Shown here piece by piece: positions 34,555 to 44,617 of a DNA stretch of 64,000 nt. The DNA is from a virus. The notes under the pieces were generated by a model, which saw nothing but the letters and a program-made list of their open reading frames with translations, was not told where the DNA came from and did no database searches. How positions within the stretch are numbered: position 1 is the first letter of the stretch; every line of letters begins with the position of its first letter. Location of the stretch: the IMG/VR virus record IMGVR_UViG_3300045988_079665; one strand, given 5' to 3'. A program made the translations under genes and the position numbers.

Positions 34555-34974
34555 TTGGAAACAGTCAAGAACATTGCTGCAATTTTAGGAGCAATTCTTT
34601 CTTTAGCAGCGGTTATTACCCTATGTTGCAAACCTATTAAAGCATATATTGCAAATGCTCTAAAGAAATATCAGAGCGAACAAGATGATAAATTACAGCA
34701 AAATACCATCAAAGCGACGCTCAAGAGAATTGAGAGTAAGCTAGACGCAACTGTAGCATATACAACAGAGGCGTGTCGTGGTGAAATCAAAAATATGTTC
34801 TATAAGTACATAGACAACAAGACATTGCCGTATTACGAAAAAATGCACATGTTGCAAATTGAGGATATTTATGTCAATAAGCTACAAAAGAATCACTATA
34901 CTAAGGGGCTTATTGAAGAAATGAAAACGTGGTCTGTTGACTATACTGGGGTTGATTCACAGGATGTCAATTAA
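34555..34974 (+). CDS. membrane-anchored hypothetical protein (139 aa, TTG start)
   Basis: N-terminal TM IAAILGAILSLAAVITLCC; AGGAGG 8 nt before the TTG. Confidence 0.55.
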   Translation: METVKNIAAILGAILSLAAVITLCCKPIKAYIANALKKYQSEQDDKLQQNTIKATLKRIESKLDATVAYTTEACRGEIKNMFYKYIDNKTLPYYEKMHMLQIEDIYVNKLQKNHYTKGLIEEMKTWSVDYTGVDSQDVN

Positions 34975-35065
34975 CCATAAATTGGCGGCTTGGGCATAGT
35001 GCTCTTTGGGCCACCGTAAACGGGATGAATATCTCGTTATATCCTTGCAGAAAGGAGGAAGATGA

Positions 35066-36775
35066 TTGCAAAAAACAATTAAATTTGAAGCATCAAGTAT
35101 CAAGCATATTGATATGAGCGAATATGACAACGATGATTACATGGTAGGTCGGACGGCATTTTTATCAACACGTCCAAACTCACATGATATTGTCATTCCA
35201 GAAAATGTACTCAGAGAATATGCGCCGTCCGTGCTTGGTAAATGGGTCACTGCTGAGGTTAAATTTAATGACTGTACTACACATACCAACGGGCAGTCAA
35301 TCGTAGGGATTGTGCCGAAAGAACAGGATGTTGAGTTTATCGAAGCTGATGACGGCTATCTTGATGCTTATGTTGATTGTATTATCAGTAAACGATATGC
35401 TAAAGAATATTGTAATGTTTTCTCAGAGGATGATGCAACGCGCTCTGTAAGTATTGAGGCTACATTCTCAATGATTGATGAACATGAATGTGATGGATTT
35501 AACATTAAAACAATCACAACTCTTGGGCGAACTGTGCGCCCATCTGTGCCTGACGCAAATATTACAATCGTTAGATTCTCAGAGGAAGATGCGGAGAGCT
35601 ATTACAGTAATCTACATAAATCTGATTCTCTATCTAATCTAAAGCAATTTGTCGAAGAAAGGAAACAATCAATGGTTGAAAAATATGTAAACCATCCTAT
35701 CAATACATCTAAGGATGCTGTATATACAGGCGAATGGGATGGTGATGACGCAAAGAAAAATTTAGTCAAAGAGAAAAATTATAAGACTCTAGCACCCAAG
35801 GTGTGCCTCAGACTTGAGGAAGGTTGGGAAGATAGAGAGGTAACCAAGTTGGGTTACCCCGTCATGGGACTATATGACGGTGAATGGCGTTATTCAACCA
35901 AAGCCCTATCATCTGCACTAGCGTATGCAAAACAGAATGATGAGACTGAGGTTGTAAATAAAATTGAGGCTATCTATAAAAAGTTAGACCTTGATGACGA
36001 TTCTGAAAGAAAGGAGGACAAGAAAATGGCTGAAATTGAATTTAGCGCAGTTGATATTGGCGATATGTGGGGTAGACTATATGGCGCTATGCGCGAAGCT
36101 CGTAATTGGGAATATGGTATTCAGGGTATTTATGAGGAGGACAATAAGAAATTTGCTATCCTCATTGATGATGCCAAGAAGCTATATCGGCTCGATTTTA
36201 GTCTGACTGAGGACGGTCTTACTCTTGCAGATGAGGTTGTTGAGGTCAAGCAGGAATTTACTGAGACAGACAACATGAAGAAATTTGCTGAACCAGAAAA
36301 TGTTGCCGAATATCGTCTAGCTGAATGTGATGAATGTGAACATGATGACGATGAGCACGAAGAGGAAATGTCCGCTGACGAAATGAAGGCAAAGATGGCT
36401 GATCTTGAAAAGGATATTGAATCCCGTGATAATATCATTATGGAAAAGGACGTAGAGCTAGAAGAACTGCGCAAGTTTAAGGCAGAAGTTGAGGAACAGC
36501 GTAAAGCCGCAACCGTTGAATCTATTATGGCTGAATGTAAGGAATATATGTCTGATGAGCAGTATAAGGAAATGCGCGATGAGGGCATGGCTTGCAAGAT
36601 GTCTGAGATTGATGGTTGGACAAATAAGGTCAAGGCCGTATCTTTCTCTGCCGTAAAGAAGAATGTAAAGAAAACAAATGATGGGTTGTTCCGCTTTGCG
36701 GCTCCTATCGCCAAGACAAATCGTGAAGATGAGGACGTTTGGACTCGTTTAAAGAGAAAATCTGAAAATATTTAA
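35066..36775 (+). CDS. putative prohead protease/scaffold fusion (569 aa, TTG start)
   Basis: Sited between portal and capsid genes. The C-terminal half is an acidic coiled coil typical of scaffolds; the N-terminal protease call is tentative. Confidence 0.45.
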   Translation: MQKTIKFEASSIKHIDMSEYDNDDYMVGRTAFLSTRPNSHDIVIPENVLREYAPSVLGKWVTAEVKFNDCTTHTNGQSIVGIVPKEQDVEFIEADDGYLDAYVDCIISKRYAKEYCNVFSEDDATRSVSIEATFSMIDEHECDGFNIKTITTLGRTVRPSVPDANITIVRFSEEDAESYYSNLHKSDSLSNLKQFVEERKQSMVEKYVNHPINTSKDAVYTGEWDGDDAKKNLVKEKNYKTLAPKVCLRLEEGWEDREVTKLGYPVMGLYDGEWRYSTKALSSALAYAKQNDETEVVNKIEAIYKKLDLDDDSERKEDKKMAEIEFSAVDIGDMWGRLYGAMREARNWEYGIQGIYEEDNKKFAILIDDAKKLYRLDFSLTEDGLTLADEVVEVKQEFTETDNMKKFAEPENVAEYRLAECDECEHDDDEHEEEMSADEMKAKMADLEKDIESRDNIIMEKDVELEELRKFKAEVEEQRKAATVESIMAECKEYMSDEQYKEMRDEGMACKMSEIDGWTNKVKAVSFSAVKKNVKKTNDGLFRFAAPIAKTNREDEDVWTRLKRKSENI

Positions 36776-36795
36776 TAAAAAGGAGATTATATATT

Positions 36796-37329
36796 ATGGC
36801 TTTTCATGGTCTAGTTAATACTATGGGTATGTCCTGCACCAATGTTGATGCAATGAATAAGGTTGGTGTGGCAACTTCTGACATTGATAATGGCACTCTT
36901 GTCACTATCGGTAAGATGGAACAGGCTGCTGACGGTACTGTTACCAGCTATCATTATGAGCTAACCCCTGCTACTGCAAATGCAGAGCACGTTCTACTTG
37001 TTGCTTCTCCAGAGGTTGGTAGAACTTTTGAGATGCAGATTCACAATGACCGTCGCTATTTCTACAATGAAAAGGGTTATCCTGTTGATGTAAAGGATAT
37101 TCTTGCGCAGGTTGATACTTTTGAGGTTGATGCTGTTGCGTTTGGTGGCACTTTCCCTGTTGCTGCCGATGTCGGTAAGTTTGTATCTCCTGATGCAAAC
37201 GGCAAGTATAAGGTCGGCACAACTGCTGCTCCCGCTACTGGTGCATACTTTAAGGTTGAGGGCTTTGGCTCTATTACTTGCGGTCAGGATGAGGTTAAGA
37301 CTGTTATCCTCCGCTGCATCAAGAACTAA
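36796..37329 (+). CDS. head-module protein (177 aa), possible decoration or auxiliary capsid protein
   Basis: Lies immediately upstream of the major capsid gene. Confidence 0.5.
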   Translation: MAFHGLVNTMGMSCTNVDAMNKVGVATSDIDNGTLVTIGKMEQAADGTVTSYHYELTPATANAEHVLLVASPEVGRTFEMQIHNDRRYFYNEKGYPVDVKDILAQVDTFEVDAVAFGGTFPVAADVGKFVSPDANGKYKVGTTAAPATGAYFKVEGFGSITCGQDEVKTVILRCIKN

Positions 37330-37365
37330 GCGGGAAACTAATTATTGTAAAGGAGAAAGAATAAT

Positions 37366-38406
37366 ATGCTAATGAATAAAGAACTCGTTCAGTTTGCCGC
37401 TGGTAATACTGAATTTTATGAAGGCGCTATGTCCTACTTCTGCGACAAGAAGCAGAGTGTCGAAAATAAGGGTCTACTTCAAGAGGCTTTTCTAGCAGAA
37501 GTTGAGCGCAAGTCTGGCGTTTCTCGCTCTGGCAATGAAATTTCTGCTTGGCTCAATAACCCCAACGTTCAGTGGGCGGCTTTTGCTATTGTTGATAGAA
37601 CTATCAATGCAATTCTTCCTATCAGCATTCTCCCTCAGTTCAGTCTATTTGCTGATTTCCGTCTACAGAATTTTGGCGACATTACCAAGTTTAAGATTCT
37701 ACCAGGTAGCTTCTATACTGTTTCTCTTGATGGCCGTGGTCAGCGTACTACTCTCCGTCAGAAGAAGGGTGCATCCGACATTACTGTCGCTCCCAAGGGA
37801 CATATTGTCACCATCTTCAGTGACCTATTCCGTGTTCTAGCTGATATGGATAACATTGCTGATTTCATGGGTTGGCTACTCATCTCTGTTGAGTCTGAAA
37901 TGTACAAGGATGCTGTTGGCGCTCTTAATGCTGGTCTTACTGCAATTCCTGCTGGCGACCTTAATGTTACTGGCGCAATCGACCTTGGCAAGCTAGTTAC
38001 TATGTGTGAGCTAGTTGAGGCTCGTAACGGTGGAGCTCCTGCTACTATTGTTGGCTCTGCAACTGCTCTTATGAAGGTTCTACCTGATTCTACTCTTGGC
38101 TATCGTGTGAATGTTGGTAGTGAGGGTGGTCGTATTGAACTACTTAAGGATATTGTTGGTTATGACGTTATGCGTCTCCGCAATGCCGTTGATGGTACTG
38201 GCAAGCTAGTCCTTGATGCCAACAAGATTTATGTTGTTTCTGCATCTGCTGATAAGCTAATTAAGGGCGTTATGTCCAACGCTATGACTAACACCAATCA
38301 GCATTTCGACAACGCTGATATTACTTCCAACTTTACTTATCGTAAGGAATGGGACTTCGTTTATGCCTCTGCTGCAAAGGCTGGCGTTTATAACATTACT
38401 GACTAA
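37366..38406 (+). CDS. major capsid protein (by position, size and strong terminator)
   Basis: 346 aa, biased codon usage, followed by the GC-rich terminator at 38416..38441. Confidence 0.7.
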   Translation: MLMNKELVQFAAGNTEFYEGAMSYFCDKKQSVENKGLLQEAFLAEVERKSGVSRSGNEISAWLNNPNVQWAAFAIVDRTINAILPISILPQFSLFADFRLQNFGDITKFKILPGSFYTVSLDGRGQRTTLRQKKGASDITVAPKGHIVTIFSDLFRVLADMDNIADFMGWLLISVESEMYKDAVGALNAGLTAIPAGDLNVTGAIDLGKLVTMCELVEARNGGAPATIVGSATALMKVLPDSTLGYRVNVGSEGGRIELLKDIVGYDVMRLRNAVDGTGKLVLDANKIYVVSASADKLIKGVMSNAMTNTNQHFDNADITSNFTYRKEWDFVYASAAKAGVYNITD

Positions 38407-38415
38407 TTATATTTT

Positions 38416-38441
38416 GAGAGGGGTTAGAAATAGCCCCTCTC
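38416..38441 (+). terminator. rho-independent terminator
   Basis: gagagggg-ttagaaatag-cccctctc followed by tattta. Confidence 0.75.
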
Positions 38442-38477
38442 TATTTATAACGGAAATAAGAAAGGAAAATAAAAGGA

Positions 38478-39131
38478 ATGGCAAACACTACTAATACCAA
38501 ATCCACAACTACACCAAAGACAACCACCAAGAAAGAAACCACGCCAACTACGCCTGTTGTTGATACAGAGAAGGAACAGCTAAAGGCGCAGCTTGCCGAA
38601 CAACAGAAGCGTATGGAAGAAATGATGGCGCAGATGCAGGTTCTTATGCAAGCACAGAGCAACGCTGTAACGCCCACAAAGCCAGTCAATAATCGCAAGA
38701 TTAAATTTGTTAATATGTGTACTGGTAAGCTAATTCTAAAGGGCACATCTCTATGGGAAATTGATGGACAGTTTAATGATCGCGATTTCTCAGAGACAGA
38801 GGCTAATATCATTGTCAACAATATGGCAAATGCAATTCGTTCAGGATGTGTATATATTGCTGACGCGCAGTATGTAGAGGAACATCAGCTACAGCCAATT
38901 TATGATAATCTACTTTCTGATAAGCAGATGTTAGACCTCCTTAATCACGACTATAAATATGTTCTTGATATGTATAAGACGGCTAGTGACGCACAGAAAA
39001 AGATTATTGTTGATACTATTGTATCAAAGCGTAGCAATGGCGAATACGTCGACGCAAATATTATGATTAAGCTCGGTGAGCTTTGTGGGAGAGATTTGGT
39101 TGGTATCACCTCACTAGATAATGAGGAGTGA
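38478..39131 (+). CDS. hypothetical protein (217 aa) with Thr/Lys-rich N-terminus
   Basis: Intact ORF with a GGAAAATAAAAGGA upstream context. Confidence 0.55.
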   Translation: MANTTNTKSTTTPKTTTKKETTPTTPVVDTEKEQLKAQLAEQQKRMEEMMAQMQVLMQAQSNAVTPTKPVNNRKIKFVNMCTGKLILKGTSLWEIDGQFNDRDFSETEANIIVNNMANAIRSGCVYIADAQYVEEHQLQPIYDNLLSDKQMLDLLNHDYKYVLDMYKTASDAQKKIIVDTIVSKRSNGEYVDANIMIKLGELCGRDLVGITSLDNEE

Positions 39132-39137
39132 TAAATT

Positions 39138-39578
39138 ATGGCAACATCATTTGATGTTATTGGGCAAAGAGCATTAAGTGTAATTGATGACTATAAACTG
39201 CGCAAACTATACGACGCAAATATTGAGCTGTTTCACGACAAGATTGATGGATGGGTCATTAGTTCAGCTGCAAAGTTTATAGAATGTGAACAACCGCTAA
39301 CATATGATTTAGAGCTTAGACAATTTGACGCAGATTTAACAGATTTAGAGATTCAGATTCTTGCCGAATATTGGGTTATATACTGGTGGCGCGGTGAGAC
39401 GGACGTAGCAACACAGATTGCACAAAAACTTAAAGTTCCATCCTCTTTCCAGATGGATGGCGTATCCTCGCAGAATTTCAAAGAAAAGCAGAACGTTATT
39501 GATAAGCTAGAAGAAGATGTAGATAGGTTAATTCACGACAAATACCAGCTCTTATATCTATCCTCCTATAATTATTAA
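39138..39578 (+). CDS. possible head-tail connector protein (146 aa)
   Basis: Position only. Confidence 0.45.
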   Translation: MATSFDVIGQRALSVIDDYKLRKLYDANIELFHDKIDGWVISSAAKFIECEQPLTYDLELRQFDADLTDLEIQILAEYWVIYWWRGETDVATQIAQKLKVPSSFQMDGVSSQNFKEKQNVIDKLEEDVDRLIHDKYQLLYLSSYNY

Positions 39579-39592
39579 AGAGGGGTGGATAT

Positions 39593-39859
39593 ATGAGTAG
39601 AACAGATAAGCAAGAAAAAATTCATGCTTTATATAAAGTCCTGTTGCTGTTTGAAGATTTGACCAGTCTTGAGCCGACAATTGAAGAAGCCGACTATACA
39701 GCATATTGTGAGCGGCTATCTGTACGATTTAGGGCGGTTGATGGTGAAATTGCTGATACATTGGCAGGATTAAGCAAAATGGGGCTTGAGCTTACTCATC
39801 CTATTATCCGTTCATGTGTATTGCGCATGACAAACAGAATTGAAAGGATGGGTGATTGA
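39593..39859 (+). CDS. hypothetical protein (88 aa)
   Basis: Intact ORF with a GAGGGGTGG RBS. Confidence 0.5.
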   Translation: MSRTDKQEKIHALYKVLLLFEDLTSLEPTIEEADYTAYCERLSVRFRAVDGEIADTLAGLSKMGLELTHPIIRSCVLRMTNRIERMGD

Positions 39860-39860
39860 T

Positions 39861-40571
39861 ATGGCGTATGATGAATTTATTCAGGACATATTAAATACTC
39901 GTGGTAGATTTGCTTGTGGCGATGAATATCATGAAAGACACCATATCATTCCTAAATGTCTTGGTGGCACTAACGACGAGGATAATCTTATAGATTTGTA
40001 CGCGAGAGAACATTATGAGGCACATAAACTCCTTTCTGATGAAAATCCTGGGAATACACCTTTGCAACATGCTTTTTTTATGATGTCGACGTGTATTTCT
40101 CAGAATAAAGGTAGATATAAATGCACCGCAGAAGAATATGAGATTGCTAAAAAGAGAGTTTCAGAATGTAAGTTTTCTGAGGAAACATTAAAAAAAATGT
40201 CTATTACCAGAAAGGGAAGAACTCTTTCTGAAGAACATAGAAAACATATGTCTGAGGCTCAAATTGGAAGAAAAGTTTCATTAGAAACTAGATTAAAGTT
40301 GAGTTTGGCACAAAAAGGAAAATCTCGTCCACATAAAGGACACATACCGTCTGATGAAACAAGGGCGATATGGTCTAAGCAGAGAAAGGGACGAGACGCA
40401 GGTGGTAAAAATCCAAATGCGAAAAAAGTTTTGTGCGATGGCGTACTATATGATTGGGCTGGAGAATGTGCTGATAAATTAGGGATTGCAAGAACAACTC
40501 TTAGAAGTTGGTTGAATGGACAACGTAAGATGCCAAAGCAGTGGGTAGATAGGGGGCTTTCATATGTATGA
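39861..40571 (+). CDS. HNH homing endonuclease with NUMOD3-like repeats
   Basis: HHIIPKCLGGTNDEDNLIDLYAREHYEAH (HNH) plus repeated S.E.....S.A..G motifs (SEETLKKMS, SEEHRKHMS, SLETRLKLS, SDETRAIWS). Confidence 0.8.
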   Translation: MAYDEFIQDILNTRGRFACGDEYHERHHIIPKCLGGTNDEDNLIDLYAREHYEAHKLLSDENPGNTPLQHAFFMMSTCISQNKGRYKCTAEEYEIAKKRVSECKFSEETLKKMSITRKGRTLSEEHRKHMSEAQIGRKVSLETRLKLSLAQKGKSRPHKGHIPSDETRAIWSKQRKGRDAGGKNPNAKKVLCDGVLYDWAGECADKLGIARTTLRSWLNGQRKMPKQWVDRGLSYV

Positions 40572-41313
40572 TATGTTTCAATATCAAACCCGCCCGAATG
40601 ATTACTATAGAGATTTAATGTCTGAATATATTTGTGCGCAATGGGATAACACGTCTGCTAAAACACCTGAGAATGGTGGCGCATTACTAGAACAAAATGG
40701 AATAGGGTCTAATGAATATAGTTGTGTTCAAGCATGGGTTGCTCCTACTGTGGCAACAACATCAACCGGACAAAAGGATACTATAGATTTTTTGCAGTTT
40801 ATATTCAAGAACATTGACCATTTTGTTGTGCGCGGGCTTTACTACAAGTTTGATAGCAATGTGTGGATTGTCCACGATTCTGGCAAATTTGATGGCTTGC
40901 CCCGTGGTGTTGGTGTGCGTCGTTGCAACAATGTTATGCGGATTAAAGATGAGGTCAATGACGTAATCTTTAGCACTCCATGTGTTGTTGACTATGATAT
41001 GCAATCACCATCAGCACAGGTTAGTACGCCTATCATCACACCAAACAACCATGCCGTTGTTATGGTTCAGGGCAATGAGGATGTATATAGGCTATTCAAG
41101 CTGAATACCAGATATATCCTAGGTGGCAGACCATTTAAACTGTTATCGTATCAAAATGCTATTAATGCTTATGGTATTAGCAAACCAACATTGCTCACGC
41201 TTGAGCTATATCTTGATGAGGCTCATGCTGGTGATGACATTGAGAATCAGCTTGCGGATAATAGCTCTGTTGATTATCCAATGGACGAAAACGCGCCATT
41301 TCCAATGGGCTAA
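40564..41313 (+). CDS. hypothetical neck/tail-module protein (249 aa)
   Basis: Intact ORF in the structural operon. Confidence 0.55.
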   Translation: MYDMFQYQTRPNDYYRDLMSEYICAQWDNTSAKTPENGGALLEQNGIGSNEYSCVQAWVAPTVATTSTGQKDTIDFLQFIFKNIDHFVVRGLYYKFDSNVWIVHDSGKFDGLPRGVGVRRCNNVMRIKDEVNDVIFSTPCVVDYDMQSPSAQVSTPIITPNNHAVVMVQGNEDVYRLFKLNTRYILGGRPFKLLSYQNAINAYGISKPTLLTLELYLDEAHAGDDIENQLADNSSVDYPMDENAPFPMG

Positions 41314-41330
41314 AGGAGGTCGGTTAGATT

Positions 41331-41909
41331 ATGTATAATTCATTAAGTCGCTTGCCGACAATACCATATAATATTATGGTATATTTAGCAAAATCGACTG
41401 ACCCTATTGCTGATGTCTTTTGGAAGATGCTGGCATATAAGGACTATAAGGCGTTAAGCCATGAACCACTTACATTTCAACAGAAAATGAAATTAGTGTG
41501 GTCATATGGCAAGCAGGATACATATAGCGTATTCTTAACTAATCTAATTGAGGACGCTATGGCTGAATCTAAGCAGATTGTTAAGATATATCAATATTAT
41601 ATCCATGCGTCTGAGCTATATACTAGCACAGTAGTCTATGCGTTTGATTGTTTATATGGCGGTCAAATGAGCTTAGTTGAATATAATGGTATTCCTGTCA
41701 ATCGTGGCGATTTGTTCATTCATTGTGTGTTATATTTGCTCAATGGCGCAGAGGTGGGCGGTGTAGGTAAGCTCATGTTCTTAGATGATATGAGCCGATA
41801 CAGCGCGGCACGTTCAACTATTGGCAATAATAAGACATTCACCGGTGTTCAGTTATATATGGCGGTCAATGTTGGTGATTCTGGCAAGGTGGTAGATTGT
41901 GGCGATTGA
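41331..41909 (+). CDS. hypothetical neck/tail-module protein (192 aa)
   Basis: Intact ORF with an AAAGGAGG RBS. Confidence 0.55.
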   Translation: MYNSLSRLPTIPYNIMVYLAKSTDPIADVFWKMLAYKDYKALSHEPLTFQQKMKLVWSYGKQDTYSVFLTNLIEDAMAESKQIVKIYQYYIHASELYTSTVVYAFDCLYGGQMSLVEYNGIPVNRGDLFIHCVLYLLNGAEVGGVGKLMFLDDMSRYSAARSTIGNNKTFTGVQLYMAVNVGDSGKVVDCGD

Positions 41910-42747
41910 TATTGCCGTCCTTGAAAAAGGATATTTTTATTTCGACAAGCCCGTACCATATAAATTATCAGATACGACCCATATTGATATAACGCCTATA
42001 TCAGTATATGACAGCGAGGTCTTTTTGTCAAGTTGTGATATTCTTCAAATAGATAAAAATGCGCTTAATTCTGTTGAGATAATACAGATGAGTTATCTTG
42101 ATTTTTTATTGAAAATTATGTTGCCAACAGACCAATCAGGATTATTACTAGATAAATTCTGTAATATACTTAAATTATGCCTTGGCATGCCAGATTGGAA
42201 AATCAAGATGGATGGAAAAAAAAGAATCAGCATACTTGCACCTGATGAATCGTTTGAAATTACAGGCAAGCAATTTGATGATATTAAGCGTATTATATTG
42301 TATCAGAATGTGCCGCATTATGACGATACCTATATTGACCCAGAGGCAAAGGCAGCAATGCAGGAATTAGATAAACTGAAAAGCGCTAATATCAATATGC
42401 CGACACTAGAGCGGCGCATGGCTATTATTACAGCTCATTGCGGCATTGATAAACAAGCATTGATGCAGTATACAATGCGGTCATTACAGTTACTATTTGA
42501 AGAATGCGCTGGAGAAGTTGAGTTTACAACTTTGCGTCCTATTATGCTATATGCTGGGAAAGCTAAAGAGCTTGAACATTGGATATATAAGAAAAAGAAA
42601 GATAAGTTTGATGGCTATTTCACTAGTGTTGGCTCATATCAAGAAAAATTTGGTGGAGAATCTGGTGTAAAAATATCTAACGTATCTCAAGAAAATTCTG
42701 TTGGTGCTAGTTTTGACCAACAATTTAATTCATTTAGAAAAAATTAA
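41899..42747 (+). CDS. hypothetical protein (282 aa, GTG start)
   Basis: Intact ORF with an AAGGTGG RBS. Confidence 0.55.
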   Translation: MAIDIAVLEKGYFYFDKPVPYKLSDTTHIDITPISVYDSEVFLSSCDILQIDKNALNSVEIIQMSYLDFLLKIMLPTDQSGLLLDKFCNILKLCLGMPDWKIKMDGKKRISILAPDESFEITGKQFDDIKRIILYQNVPHYDDTYIDPEAKAAMQELDKLKSANINMPTLERRMAIITAHCGIDKQALMQYTMRSLQLLFEECAGEVEFTTLRPIMLYAGKAKELEHWIYKKKKDKFDGYFTSVGSYQEKFGGESGVKISNVSQENSVGASFDQQFNSFRKN

Positions 42748-42759
42748 GGAGGAAAATAT

Positions 42760-43830
42760 ATGAACTATGTAGCTGGCGGTGCTGGCAGAGCGCTACTGTT
42801 CCTTGGCGAACAGCTTTATTCTGTCGGTAATACGCTTGACAACAATGCGATTCATTTCTCTATTACAGCTGAAGACATTCGTGGCGGCAAGAAACATTTC
42901 CTGCTTGCTCAGTATTTTCATGACCCCAACATGACCGTTGATCTACAGAACGTTTTCTTTAACTTCAACGAGCTTGGTCTAGTCACTGGCAATACTATCG
43001 AACAGGGTGGTCTTTCCCTAAAGGAAGAACAGGTTGTTGCGGCTGCCGGTGGCGTTGTAACTCCAACTCAGACACCTGTTGCTCCTGTTGGAATGGGAGG
43101 CAAGATTCTTGTTTGGTACAAGAAGCCTACTGAGGACAATTGGAAGGATGTTACTTATACCAATGGCGTGACCATTCCGGGCGCTGTTCTTGGCGAAGTA
43201 TATTGCATCAAGTATTTCTGGAACAATCCTAACGCAGAGTCTATGACTCTCAATGCAAACAGTGAACCTGCTGAACTTCAGCTTGTTCTTATTCAAGACC
43301 TGTATTCTGCTAGCGTTCAGAAGGGTGTTACTACTCCCGGTGCAAAAGCTGGTCAGGTAATTACTATTTGTCCAAGATATAAGTTGAATGGTACAACCGA
43401 CCTTGACTTTGCGGCTGCATCTACTGTTGGTACGTCTCTGAGTGGTACTGTTCTAGCCGTGGAAGATGATTCTAGCTGTGAAGGCGATTACATCTTTGGT
43501 TATATGACTCAGGAAATCTTTGGCGCAAAGTGGCAGAATGAAGTTAGAGCGATTGCATTTGAAGATGCTGACATGTCTCTAGCTGCTCAGGGCACTCAGA
43601 CTGCTGTTTGTTATGTCTTGTTTAACGGTAATAAAGCACCAAAGATTGTTGATAATGCCAACTTTACGTTTGCTGTTGAAGATGGCGATACGTTTGCATC
43701 TGTTGATGCTAAGGGTGTTGTTACCGCTAAGGCAGCTGGTAAGGCTCACATTTCCGCGACTCTAAAGGGTGCAGACCCCGGTAACGGCCCTGCTGTCGTT
43801 GGCTATTTTGAGGTCACTGTAACTGGCTAA
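42760..43830 (+). CDS. probable major tail protein with C-terminal Ig-like (Big_2-type) domain
   Basis: The C-terminal FTFAVEDGDTFASVDAKGVVTAKAAGKAHISATLKG resembles Big_2. Strong RBS, followed by a terminator. Confidence 0.55.
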   Translation: MNYVAGGAGRALLFLGEQLYSVGNTLDNNAIHFSITAEDIRGGKKHFLLAQYFHDPNMTVDLQNVFFNFNELGLVTGNTIEQGGLSLKEEQVVAAAGGVVTPTQTPVAPVGMGGKILVWYKKPTEDNWKDVTYTNGVTIPGAVLGEVYCIKYFWNNPNAESMTLNANSEPAELQLVLIQDLYSASVQKGVTTPGAKAGQVITICPRYKLNGTTDLDFAAASTVGTSLSGTVLAVEDDSSCEGDYIFGYMTQEIFGAKWQNEVRAIAFEDADMSLAAQGTQTAVCYVLFNGNKAPKIVDNANFTFAVEDGDTFASVDAKGVVTAKAAGKAHISATLKGADPGNGPAVVGYFEVTVTG

Positions 43831-43844
43831 TTCGTTTGATTTCA

Positions 43845-43874
43845 ATGGGGAGAGATAGCAATATCTTTCCCCAT
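43845..43874 (+). terminator. rho-independent terminator
   Basis: Stem aatggggagagata/tatctttccccatt followed by ttatt. Confidence 0.7.
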
Positions 43875-43907
43875 TTTATTACGTTCAAATAAAGTAGGTG
43901 AGAAATA

Positions 43908-44222
43908 ATGGATTGTCCATATTGTAATGTAGTAAATTATGATACCATCCCAACTTGCAACAAGCAAGAGGGGCATCATATTTGCCCTCATGTCAGGCGG
44001 TGCATTGAGCATCATACATGGAAGCCACTAAATTTTATGGCTAATTGCCCAATCAAATCCGCGCCAACCGGGAACGTGCAGTTTGAACGGCATGGTTATC
44101 TATATGTTAAAGTAGGCAATGAGGTTATTAAGGTACAAAACCCATATAATTATATCCCAGATAATGTAGAATTAAGGAAATATAAAGGAAAATATAAGGT
44201 AGTAAAGGAGAATAAGGAATAA
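43908..44222 (+). CDS. Cys/His-rich protein (104 aa)
   Basis: CPYC...C...HHICPH..RC.EHH motifs. Confidence 0.5.
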   Translation: MDCPYCNVVNYDTIPTCNKQEGHHICPHVRRCIEHHTWKPLNFMANCPIKSAPTGNVQFERHGYLYVKVGNEVIKVQNPYNYIPDNVELRKYKGKYKVVKENKE

Positions 44223-44617
44223 TGAAGGAAAATATTAAGGCATTTGAATCTGTAGAATTGGCTGATTATGGTATTCGTGTTAATCGTTATCTGACATATA
44301 GTCAGATTCAGTCTATTGTTGATGGGCTAAAAAAGCTAGATTCATGGGCAGAGCGTCAGCAGAGTATTGATATGTGTATACTCTATTTTGCAACTGACCT
44401 AAAGAAGGAAGAAATTGAGAATCACGATCATGATTATTGGCTCAAGACTGGCATTATTGAAGCTGTGAATGATAAGATTGTGAATATCTATCAGCTCAAT
44501 GAGGCGATTGATTATGAGGAATCACTAAAGAAGGCGATTGTTCAGATTTCGCGTGAACTGCCCAGATTCAGCAATAAGGTGGATGAGGTGATGAAAAATG
44601 CCTCAAGCAAGAAGTAA
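44222..44617 (+). CDS. hypothetical protein (131 aa), possible tail assembly chaperone
   Basis: Position upstream of the tape measure gene only. Confidence 0.4.
   Translation: MKENIKAFESVELADYGIRVNRYLTYSQIQSIVDGLKKLDSWAERQQSIDMCILYFATDLKKEEIENHDHDYWLKTGIIEAVNDKIVNIYQLNEAIDYEESLKKAIVQISRELPRFSNKVDEVMKNASSKK

Noticed and set aside
36130-37991. Ser-rich antisense ORF 36130..36714 and alternate-frame ORFs 36971..37222, 37103..37372, 37502..37840 and 37758..37991
   Set aside because: They lie within the scaffold-like, head-module (36796..37329) and capsid genes. They have low-complexity compositions and no RBS.
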